From Botryllus schlosseri (Eukaryota), in the NCBI GenBank assembly GCA_051294905.1, contig CM119371.1:39310001-39374000 (forward strand): a stretch of DNA of 64,000 nucleotides. The letters are read 5' to 3'. This document shows, piece after piece, positions 36,746 to 49,400 of the stretch; position 1 is the first letter of the stretch, and each line of letters opens with the position of its first letter. The notes below the pieces were generated by a model. That model was not told the origin of the DNA. It made no database searches and saw nothing but the letters and a program-made list of their open reading frames with translations. Both the position numbers and the translations under genes were made by a program.

Positions 36746-38308
36746 CAGTGATGAGCGGACTGTGATATTTTTCGGTCCAAGTCCTATCCTGAAAATTTTT
36801 AACTCACTCCTACTGCATCCTGATCCAAAAATATTTTCAAAATTCACAGTCCAAGTCCGTTCCTGAAAATTTTCAACTCAGTCCTACTATATCCTGATCC
36901 AAAAATATTTTCAAAACTTACAGTCCAACTCCATCCTGATCCAAAAATATTTTCAAAATCTGAAGTCCCAATCTATAAATAAAAAACAGAAGAACATGTT
37001 ATAGAGAATAATTAGGCTATCTGAAATATAACTCTGGTCTGTGAAAAGATGTATATTTCCAATGTTTGCCTTAACTCGAGCTGCAGTGGGCCTACATGAC
37101 ACAGCAACTTTAATTTTACATTTTAGCAACACGAATGTAAATATGTAGACTGGCTAGATGGCTATCAATACCTAACCATCAAATCATGAGCAATGTGCAT
37201 GTACGTACGTACAATGACATCAGGGTTGATCATTATAGTTTTTTTTTTATAAATTTGACTGGCTAGTTGATAAAATTGTTAGGTCGGTTTGAACAAACGC
37301 TGCACATCAAATTCGATTCAATTCCAGCCTGTAGAAGCGAAGTTATTACAACTGGAAAATTTTCAATATAATAAAAAGTATACACACTTTTTCGAATTAT
37401 ACTGGCTGCCCGTCCCTATAAAGGTTTGTAAGAATGGTGCATAACAAATTTGACTCAACTCCAACCCACACGGTATTTACTGTGGGATATTCTCTCATCA
37501 ATAATTATAGATCTGCAACACTACTTTGAAGAGCTTCTTGGAGGTACAGAACTTGAATATACAATTGAATAGTATATTCATATTGAAATGAACCCGAATA
37601 TTTTCGGCAGAAACTCGTCAGGGGTAATCGTCAGCAACTAATAGATAATTGAAAATAACATTGTATATCATCAATCGTATCACAAAATATGACAGCCGAA
37701 AATATCCGGGCTCATTCCAATATGAACATACTATTCAACACCATTTTTCTAACCCAAAATTTTCCACTTCAAAGAATTCACCTACACCGGTTGGAATTCA
37801 ACCAGTAGCATCTTTAGCCAGTAAATTTCGAAAAAAAGTTATATCTATCCAATCCTAATGTACCTACTATCCATACCAGACAAACAACTAATATATTCAC
37901 GTTCCGGGTCGATACACAACAAACTTGCCATAGTAGTTTGTTCCGTGAGTACATAAAATATTTTAGACGAAAGAACCAGCCAAATCACAAGATATAGGTG
38001 AGCAACTACTACATTAACGATCAACTTGAATCAACGTCCATTGGCAACACTGGGAACAATTCTTCTCTCCATCCGCCCGCACTGAGGTATATAAACAAAC
38101 ACTGAGCTATATTAAAATACCCCCCACTTCTGGTTGCGAAATCAGCGTGCCCGAGTCCGGATTTTGGCATGCTGAAAGTCCAAGTCCAACTATATTTTTT
38201 TAAATCACAATCCGGTCCGAGTCCAAACTTTTTTTTCAAAATCACGATCCGGACCTAACGAAAATAACCCCATATTCCTGATCCTGTCCAATACAATGCT
38301 CATCTCTG
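36746..38308. mobile_element. hAT-like MITE with tandem subterminal repeats and a nested Penelope pLTR (37526-37740)
   Basis: TIRs CAGTGATGAGC ... GCTCATCTCTG; TSD TTACCTAC / CTACCTAC; ATCCTGATCCAAAAATATTTTCAAAA repeated three times in 36815-36960. Confidence 0.8.
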
Positions 38309-38739
38309 CTACCTACCTCACCTTAGAAAAAGTTCTGGCGCATACATTTTCTTCCGATGGCTATGCAACTTCTTGCCCCCTTCTACGCTTTCGCATGATA
38401 ACACACGCTGATTAAGTCTCCTCACACCGCAACAATCCAACCAAATTTACTACAAGTTTAAATGACTAATTATTGTTTATTTCACACTAATTCTACACAT
38501 TACATAACATGAAAATGAGCTGCATGAACAAAATACAATCAGCGAAAATTCAGCTACTACACTCCTAGTCTAAGCTAATGTACTTCGTAGTCATTAACAA
38601 TTTTCTCGGTTTGGGATAATATTATTGTTGTTTCAATCACAACGGATAATGAGGAATATTTGTCAACGACAAAATGTTACAGAATGTCAAGCAGCGAAGC
38701 ATAATAATTTCGTAATAAGTGTTTAGTGAATAGTGTTTG

Positions 38740-38885
38740 GATAGTATATTCCTATTGAAATGGCCCCGACATTTTCGGCTGACCATCGCTAGGTGTAATC
38801 GTCAGCAACTAGTAAGGAATTGGAAGGAATGAATATACTATTCAATTGTATATTGCAGCTCTGTAACGCCAACAAGCTCTTTGAA
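38740..38885. mobile_element. degenerate inverted Penelope pLTR pair
   Basis: ...TTTTCGGCTGACCATCGCTAGGTGTAATCGTCAGCAACTAG... followed by opposite-orientation ATGAATATACTATTCAATTGTATATTG. Confidence 0.65.
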
Positions 38886-40496
38886 TCACATTTATACGAT
38901 TTCATAAATTCCGATTGTTATACATTTAGAAATTGTCTCTTTATCTGTTAACTTGAGTATATTAGACCATTAGGAATTAATTATTCACATATAATAATAA
39001 GCATGGTCACTAAGGGGGATGTGGTAATGATATTTCGGTTTGGTCATTTGGAATCACCAAGCTAGCATAAAACGTGAACATCGAAATTGAACCATGAAAA
39101 TCATTGACTTGAAATACAGCGACCATCATTATGCAACAGCATAATATCAAGCTTTTTGATGAGAGAGAGAGAGAGTCTTTATTTTCATCCAACCAATATG
39201 TCATGAAATACCTTGCCAATGAAAGTTATAAAGTCTGTTAGATTAATATTTTTTTTTCCGTGACGCCAACTGTACTCAAGACATAGAAAGTGATCACGAG
39301 AGGATGACGGAACATAGAAGATACTACATAATTGATATTACATTGGGATTCATGCACTACTAGAGACATCTATGATCAACAACATTTTTTTTTTCATTTT
39401 TTTTTAGTTATTCATTTTTTATTCTATTTTTTTATCATAATCAACCATTAAAAATGACAACACACTATACACGATACATGTGGGATTAGTAACATTTTTT
39501 TTATTCATTTTCCGTGTTTTGTATTTTTTTTGTACATCATATTCAATTATTTAAAACCATCACACCTGATCACTAACACATATCGAGATTTTAGTCTTTA
39601 TATACACATAACTACCTTCTACAATCATCGTGAAAGTTTGCATGAAATGTATATTGTATATTGGCTTAGAAAAAGTAACATCACGAATATTCATGATAAC
39701 TAGTGTAACAGTAGTATGGATTAGAGTTGGACAACGATTGCTGATTTGACAAATAAATTCCAGCATAATTATTCTTTGACATTCTCCGACCTGGTGATTT
39801 AGAAAGAGGACATTGGTTGCTACAACGAAATATACAGTATGACAATAATTCATCATAGAAGACGGAAGATATTTATTTTGAAATGAAGCTATTCCATTGT
39901 AACCTGCGTATCAATCATGATAAATGCACCAAATCCTACATAATCACGGCTTCAAGTCTACTCTAGTGGAAGAACTTGTCTGTTCAAATTCATTAAATCA
40001 GTAATTAACGCCTTAAAACACACATGTGATGAAAAGCGAGAATCGAAACGATATTTGCGGACATGAATGTTGTTTTTGTCGTGTCGTTAAACCTGCGCAA
40101 CTTTTTCAGGTTACCTAACTGTAAAATGCACGATATAAATCGCATCATTACATTGTAACGTGTCAATTGTGTCAATCGAATGCGAAATCGTCAACTTGAA
40201 TTCTAAAATGCAACGCAGTCATTCCGCTCGTAAATCTCAATTTTTGCTGATGACGAATTGTTGGCTATTGTACACGATTACCCTCGTTGCTTCTGTCGCC
40301 TTTTCTTACGCTCGCTGAAAAACAAGTAGGCAACCTCTGAATAAATCAATATCCTAGTTAATCAAACAAGTTTTCCTACTATTCGGATAATCAGAGGGAT
40401 ATGCACCGTTCGCTCGTTTACGTCATTAGAGCGTGTAAAATAGAATTAAACTTTTTGTAAACGACCCAGGCTCATAGTCGGATGCATTGTAGGGAT

Positions 40497-43400
40497 TTAA
40501 TCTACAGATGGACTTTGGATTTCCATTTTTGCAATATGATTCACGAGCATATCCGGCTCACAATCCAATATACGGCGACATATCAATTCAGTACACGCCT
40601 TTCTGGAAAAGAAACTTGCAGGCAACACATCGTATACCAGGGAGTGGCATTGACCGGGACGCTCTACTTACTAGAAGGCTTTGTTGACACTTTACATTTC
40701 CATCACGTAAATTACAGTGTAGTTACAAATGTCGAGTATCAATGACAATTGGAAAGATGGCTCAACACTTTGATGGAAAGTGTCTTTTTAGCGCCACTAG
40801 GATCATCTGTATGAGTGGAAACGTCAAAAAAAATAGGGTCGTGCATTTCTGCATCAAGGTAACCTTAAATGGGTGACAATATGCGTAATGATATCACACT
40901 TGGATCATTGGATAATTCTAGTTGTCTAATTAGACTAAATAGAGTGAAATGCCGGTAATCTAATTCGAATCTGATCCGTGAAATAATTCGTCGTTCTCAT
41001 TTTGATTCTAATCTTATTTCTGGTTTTCCTGTAAATGCTGCTGAGAGAACAGTATAGTGCGAGACGAGCCGAGCTTGCTGTGCAGACATTTTCTATTATC
41101 ATGCTCATGTGCAGGAACCGTGATTTGATATGACGGGACATGATGAAATGTCCAAGTTTTCGCGAATGCAGTCATTCTAATTCCAATCTAATTTGGAAAT
41201 AGTTGTGTAGTTATCATTTCAATTTAATTCAATTTGGAAATAACTGTATGACTCTAATTCTCATTCTACTACAATTTGAAAACGCTGTAAATGTTATAGT
41301 TGTCCAAATCTGACTGTTATTAATCACGAAATTGCGTCTACTTGCGGCTCAATTTTTGACGACACGTTGATCCATACGATACGTGCGGAAAATTTGTAAG
41401 TTGTCACCTGCGATTACCTAAGAAAAGTATGACACAACCCATCAAAATAATCATATTTTAAATTCCCATACTTGAGTAATTTTCATCCTTCATTTACAAT
41501 ACTTGTTCTTGTACCCAAGAAAAAAATGGACGGGATCATTCCAACTTCTGCACGAGTCGAATCAAGGACTATTTCGATCGTTTCTACAAATGATGCAACC
41601 ACATATTCCGACCATCCACTCTATTTTTTACTTCGAGCAGGTAAACAATGCGGACGGATTATTTTTATACTTTTGCCGTGTTAATAATGCAAGCATCTCG
41701 TCAAATGTCAGTTTTTATTATCCAATACTTTTCGCAAGAAAATGAGATCTACGTTAGATGAATGCAGCAAGTAATCGTGCATTGAAGTGACGCATGAATG
41801 CCGAAGCTCAACTTTAGTTTTATACATTGGAAGAGGTTGACAGCAACCAGGTACTTCTACTTTTTCCAATTATAAAAGTAATTTGGCCCAATTTCACTGC
41901 TTACTGGGATGCATGACAGCGCTATTATATTCTTGCAGAATAAAAAAAGTTTTATTTCAACGACACTTCGTTTGATGCACCGTGTGACATCGTTATGACG
42001 ACACTATACGACACCACATTAATATTTAATCTAAAATACTTTTTTTTACTATGCATGAGAATGGAAGGATAAATCTCAACACTCATTTCTAGAACCGGTC
42101 AGACTTCGCAACATCGACTTACCTGTCGAAAAATGCGCTGTCGAGTTGCTGCCAGGCGTCTCTTTCTCGATGCACTGAAATGAGAAAGAATTTAGAGAAT
42201 ATATAATGCTTGTTATTCAATGATGTATGCGTTGGTCTAAATCAAAATCCTGTTACTGATTAGAATTTCAAATCCAAATCCAAAATTATTTTGTATCGGT
42301 GGTCAATAACTAACTACTTTTACTTTATCAGAGTACGCAAGTAGTGTTGCCTGCTTGCACTCATTATTCTGGTCGTTTCAATTTTGAAATACTTTCATTT
42401 TTACTGGTTGTAACAGTTTTTCGACAAAACTACATACTTCATGCAATTTGGATTTTGAAAAGTAGCAAGTAGTTCCGGGATGATTTTTCGTCATTTTTGT
42501 TGTGTGAAAGTAGCATAGGAGTCGCGTGAAATAGCCAATGTATCGCGGTAACTTAATATATATTTTACAATATTTCGCTCACTTGCCGTGTATTTAGTCA
42601 TTTTGCATTAGTCACGATGATATATCAAGATTGCAATTTGGAAAGTAAATATATTCCGTTAACTGCTAAAAGTAAGCGACCCGTCAACGAAATCTACTTT
42701 AGAAACGACTTCCTTGAACGCACCGACGATCATTCAGGAACTCGCGTTAGCAACTTTCAGAACCAATGGGTGTCAGTATGATCACCAGATGTCGCAAAAA
42801 ATCCATATAGAGCACTGTATTTTCTCCTACGGTTACGAAAATATTCGATCCCCAATTTTTTTTGACTCATCGCCCCATCATTAAGCACTATGTATCTTTA
42901 ACACAACCCCAAAAGCTAGGGTGTCATCAGCTGCGAAGTACTTCTACTTTTTCCTAGTACTCAATTAGTGTATAGCGACTGGTGTACTTACTCAAGTAGT
43001 TTCAATTGAGTACTATTTCTACATCAGTTTTTTAATGCTGGGCAACTGAATTTTGCATTCTTGATATTGTCAATTGAAAAGTAGTTTTTAGACGCGCTTC
43101 AACGACGTCTTACTTCAAAATTGACAAGACCTCATAAACAAGTTCACGATCAGCGACGTATGGGAAATCATGCGTAAAACAATTATTCGTATTAAATATT
43201 AAGTATAGGATATCGAATTACACTACTATTCAATACTACCGAGCGTTTTCAGGTAATCGTGGTAACAAAGCTACGTCACACCATATCATGTCATAACCAC
43301 AAGATTTCAAGTTGTGTCAGTAACGCATCAGGCATGTTACGTGAAATGAGCATTTCATGCAAAATGATGGCAAAACGTATATACATACGTAATATAACAC

Positions 43401-46400
43401 CTTACCTAATAATATACCGAACCAAACCATGACTCACCTTCTAAAACTTCCAACTCAGTATCGGTATCATTTGCAATCTTCTGCACTTCTTTCAAATCGT
43501 CTCCTTTCAACATGTCGTCTTCACTGAAGTATATCAATGTTACTTTCTTCAAAGTAGAGTTGTTGACGAGAGACGAAACGTCATAGACTGAAGCAAGCTT
43601 ACATCCAAGGTGGATTATGCATCTGATGCATTCGATCTGCGACGGGAGAATATTACTATTAATATTGTATATTATAATGATGCTTCTTGCTATTGCTAGG
43701 CATGTCACCAGGGGCTATGATTTGTTACATGGCACTTTAGATCAGGGGTAGCCAACCTTTTTGCTGTTCATAGCCACATTTCGATTACTCATGTCGCCCA
43801 CGGCCGCATTCCAGGACATAGTCGTAATGAACTAACTGGATGTCAAATATCTGCCCATGTCCGTTTCCGGTGAACTCCAGACGAATCTATTTATAAACAT
43901 CGGCACACTAATTTCTGGAACCAATTGTGGTCGCACAAGCCGTGAAATTTTTTTCAGATTCGGGAATGAATTTTGTCATTAATATTAGTAGTTTCACATA
44001 TCACTGCCAAACATTTCATTTTTCCTTCCTCAGCCCATGTGATCAGATTCACCGGTTGAGTTCATGGAGGTGGGAGTTTTCGAAAATCTTGGGCAAATCA
44101 TAATTGATGATTTATCTTCTGGTGGGCCGATAGTTAGTAGTCACTTTGTTGTATCCTAACTGTTGTTATTCCACCTCCCGTCAGGATTGTCAGTGTATAG
44201 TGGAAATATATTGAAATCGCCCAATAGTGCCAGAATCAATATTCTTTCGTGAGGAGCACACGATTTCAAGTTGGTATTTGTATGTCGGGCCCTTCATTTT
44301 CATATGCTGTTCACATCTGTACTGCGGGGCTCAGATTGCAAAGGGCGCTCCTATATTAAAGTTGCGCAAAAAATATTTCCATATTGATCACTATCAGGAG
44401 TCGATTTGTAAATTGAATATGCATGTTGTGTTGAAGGCCACCAAAAAATAATAATTGAATTACGTGTCGAAGGCCGAACAAATTCCATTCTACGGCCTCA
44501 GGTTGGCCATCCCTGCTTTAGATAAACTTATTGATAAGAATTACGAACTCCGCATCTGGGGTGGATATCTAGGACAAGAAAAATAAGTTAATTCATGTGA
44601 AGGGGATTCGAGCTGAGCGGCAGAATTCAATAATAAACGTGTGTTGGTGGAATATGTACGTTGAATCTGTGCAAATAACACCGGATCATAATTACTACCT
44701 TCTTTTGCTTGAAAGCTTCTACAATATTTTGGAATTCATCTTCTTCCTGGAGGAAGAACATTGCATGGATACTGCCAAAAGCGGAAATTTCTCTGGCACG
44801 GTTCAAATGTCTGTTGTAATCCTCGACGGAAATCTGGCCATTCACAGCAATTTCCAGGACCTCCATCTTAAATGCGGAAGACATAAGTTGTTAAAGCTTG
44901 AAACAAGATTCAGGTAATTTGATTAAAGACAGTTATTCCCGGAAGTTAAGATAGACACCTAAAGAAGGATCAATTCCGATACTCGAGATATAATGATAGG
45001 GAAATATAAATGAGTTTGAACGCATTCCTAAAACCGAATGAGGAATCGTACTTGATACTTTTTCCAAGACGTTTCAATTACCGACCAATCGATATCTTGT
45101 TCCTCCGTGCAATCGAGCAATATCTTGCTTATCTGAACACAATATTGGCTTCATGAGGTAAGATGACATCATCGTGACGTGATCATGTATTGAAATCGAT
45201 ATTCATATATTTACAGTTTATTAGTGATTTGTTACAATATTTGATTGTACACAATGCATACACTGCATTAGTTTTAGTCTCATTCCTGAGCATGAACTCT
45301 CGTTAAAATCTACTCGTGAATATTCTTTGTATTGTATAAAGTAGTGGTGGTCAAAGTAGTCGTCGTCGATACTCAAGTAGAAGTACTCAAGTACATTTCT
45401 ACCAAAGTAGTATTAGCGATATACAAGTACGTAAAAAAGTAAGTACTTCAGGCCAAAGAATTAAAATTAGAGTTATACTGTTTTTCAAAATTAGATTAGA
45501 ATTAGAATTAGAGCTGCACAGTTTTTTATACGAATACCATTAGTATTAGAGATACACAGTTTTTTTCAAATTAGATTAGGATAAGAATTAGATCTACACA
45601 GTTTTTTTCTAAATAAGATTAGGATTAGAATTATAGCTACACAGTTTTTTTTCCAAATTAGATTAGAATCGGAGCTACACAGTTTTTTTCCGAATAAAAT
45701 TATAATTGGAGCTACACAGTTTTTTCCAAATAAAATTATAATTAGAGCTACACAGTTTTTTTCCAAATAAAATTATACTTGAAGCTACACAGTTTTTTTC
45801 CAAATAAAATGATAATTAGAGCTACACAGTTTTTTTTCCAAATAAAATTATAATTAGAGCTACACAGTTTTTTTTTTCAAATAAAATTATAATTAGAGCT
45901 ACACAGTTTTTTTCCAGATAAAATTATAATTAGAGCTACACAGTTTTTTTCCAAATAAAATTATACTTGAAGCTACACAGTTTTTTTCCAAATAAAATGA
46001 TAATTAGAGCTACACAGTTTTTTTTTTCAAATAAAATTATAATTAGAGCTACACAGTTTTTTTCCAAATAAAATTATAATTGGAGCTACACAGTTTTTTT
46101 CCAAATAAAATTATAATTAGAGCTACACAGTTTTTTTTTTCAAATAAAATTATAATTAGAGCTACACAGTTTTTTTCCAAATAAAATTATACTTGAAGCT
46201 ACACAGTTTTTTTCCAAATAAAATGATAATTAGAGCTACACAGTTTTTTTTTTCAAATAAAATTATAATTAGAGCTACACAGTTTTTTTCCAAATAAAAT
46301 TATAATTGGAGCTACACAGTTTTTTCCAAATAAAATTATAATTAGAGCTACAGTTTTTTTCCAAATAAAATTATACTTGAAGCTACACAGTTTTTTTCCA

Positions 46401-49400
46401 AATAAAATGATAATTAGAGCTACACAGTTTTTTTTCCAATTAAAATTATAATTAGAGCTACACAGTTTTTTTTCCAAATAAAATTATAATTAGAGCTACA
46501 CAGTTTTTTTTTTTCAAATAAAATTATAATTAGAGCTACACAGTTTTTTTCCGAATAAAATTATAATTGGAGCTACACAGTTTTTTCCAAATAAAATTAT
46601 AATTAGAGCTACACAGTTTTTTTCCAAATAAAATGATAATTAGAGCTACACAGTTTTTTTTTCAAATAAAATTATAATAAGAGCTACACAGTTTTTTTCC
46701 AAATAAAATTATAATTAGAGCTACACAGTTTTTTTTTTCAAATAAAATTATAATTAGAGCTACACAGTTTTTTTCCAAATAAAATTATAATTAGAGCTAC
46801 ACAGTTTTTTTTCCAAATAAAATGATAATTAGAGCTACACAGTTTTTTTTTCCGAATAAAATGATAATTAGAGCTACACAGTTTTTTTTCCAAATAAAAT
46901 TATAATTAGAGTTACACAGTTTTTTTTTTCAAATAAAATTATAATTAGAGCTACACAGTTTTTTTTTTCAAATAAAATTATAATTGGAGCTACACAGTTT
47001 TTTCAAATAAAATTATAATCAAAGCTACAGTTTTGTTGCAAATAAAATTATAATTAGAGCTACACCGAATTGGATTAGGATTGAAAATGGAGCTACACAT
47101 GTTTTTACGACGTAGAATTCAATTAGAATTAGAGCTACAAATTTTTTTCAAATTAGATTTGAATTAGAATTTGAGCTCACCATTTTTTTCCAAATTAGAT
47201 TGAAATTAGAATTAGAGCGTTTTTTTCCAAATTAGATTGGAATTAGAATAGAAGCTACACATATTTTTTTTCAGAATTAGAATTAAAGGTACAGAGTTTT
47301 TTTTTCAAATTAGATTGGAATTACAGTTATACAGTTTTCCAAAATTACGGTACATTAGGATTAGAATTAAAGCTAGTTTTTTATCGAATTACATTAGAAT
47401 TGGAATTAGAGCTACATAGTTTTTTACGAATTAGAATAAAAATAGAATTAGAGCTACACAGTTATTTTCAAAATTAGATTCGAATTAGAGCTACACAGTA
47501 GGGGTGTTCGAAAATGACTTTTTTCCAAATTCTATTAGCAATTTGATAATTGATAGGTTACCTAATTGAAGCCTGCACGCTAAGTTTGGTTCAATTCCAA
47601 CCAGTAGCCGCATTGCTACTGGAGAAGAATGTCTTTTCAATGATTATATAAAAATGTTTAAAAAAATTCAAAATTTCCCGTTCATCCCATGAAATTGTTC
47701 GGTTTTCTAAAGAAACGATGTTTACCTAATTTGGCTCAATTCCAGCCAGCGGAATCGGAGTTATTGAGTATTAGTATATTGCCTTGACGTGCAATGGTTC
47801 AGACACTGACAAGACTGAGATGCTTAGGAAACGGCCTAGGGCGTCACTAGAGTGTTGTCAGGTATCGTGCGCAGCTCATAATAAAAGGAAGTTCATGATC
47901 ATGATATTTCTTGTTGTATTTGTACTACTTCAATAAAATATTACTTCCGATGCCCATGTTAGTGAGCACAGCGTTTTAGTAACAGTAAGTTTTAATACGT
48001 GGATGCTCAACTGTGTAGTCTATTTTGTCTAGACATTGCATTCTTGCGGCCCTTGGCCTGCACGAATTTTGAAAAGTGGTTGGCGACACGTTTTGACTTG
48101 ACGACATCTGCACTATAAAGTTCTCCTGAATGACTGCACGGTGCAAGCAATGCGATGGCGACTTGGCACCGGATCTCTCTGCAAAATGCCTTATGCAAAT
48201 AAACATTTTCAGGAAAACAATAAACTAGATTAGAATTAGAGCAAAGAAGCAATACATAAATTAGATTAGAATTAGATTACTGGCATTTCGCTCCTAATTA
48301 GTGAAATTAGTAACTAGAATTATTCAGTTGTCCAAGTCTGATGGTGAGTAACCAGGGCTGTGGAGTCGGAGTCGGAGTCGGGGTAATTTTCGCTTGATGG
48401 AGTAGGAGTCGTGCGAACTATAATAGTTGGAGTCGGAGTCGGTTGGAAAATACTGACTGGAGTCGGAGTCGGAGTTTGTGAGAATGACTATGACTATGAC
48501 TTCTCTATCATGAAAACATTTGGTTTCAAAGAAATTTCAATAGAATTTTTATGTACCACCAATCACTGTTCTCATTAACCATACAGATTCGGTGCGGCCA
48601 GCCCGTGGTACGCAGGCCAAATTTGGCACACGAGAAGGTTAGGTGTCGCCTGCGAGGTAATTCTCGAAATTATTTATGACATCAGGTACAATTGCAAGGC
48701 CAACCAAAATTTGATTAGCATGACCGCGAAATTTGATGATGACTAAAACAACAGTTCTGACGTATTGACGTATCCAGGGGTTAGCCATATTTATCTCAGA
48801 TCTTCGTATATGACCATGAAGTAGAATATTTCATAGCAGATTTAATTGACTCGAAATTTTTCTCGGCACTTAGCATGATTCATTTTCACTAGATTTCTTG
48901 CATTCAGTATTTGAGCCCCCTTCTGAAAATTATAAATACATATTATTCACAGAATTGAGTCTAACTATATTCACAATTAGGAGATACGGCTTCGCTTGTG
49001 ATGTGCACTCGCAGCGAGATCGTCGACAAAACATTTGCACAAAATGATAGAGGCATGTTCACTGATAGCGTCGATTTTGCTATGTCTAAACGTCGAATAA
49101 TCCTGTCCTTGCCAAATGAGCCCAGTGGTATACAGATGCGACCCCCAATGTATGTTAGTGACATATTTATTGATATAGCTATAGCCTAATTCAGTCGTCC
49201 AAAAAATTTCGCGCTTCGCGCGACCAGGGCTTGATTGCGCACTGAACAGTTGCATGACATATTGTTATCAATTTTAGAGCGTATTAATAGAAGTCTTGTT
49301 TGCAATGTTACGTAATTCGGTTCGCTGCTATCGACGACTAAAAAAAGGTTATCAACATTCCAGTTGCCCGCGCAATGGTTCGTAAATCTCAGGCGTCCCT

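Noticed and set aside
45455..47497. CRISPR-like array or repeat-protein ORFs (45566-45766, 46253-46477)
   Set aside because: Units are head-to-tail with no unique spacers, variable T-tracts break frames, and there are no cas genes; this is a eukaryotic satellite.
47976..48252. ORFs as extra exons of the LRR gene
   Set aside because: They lie just inside the MITE terminus at 48340, and the phase-0 reading after the best acceptor hits a stop.
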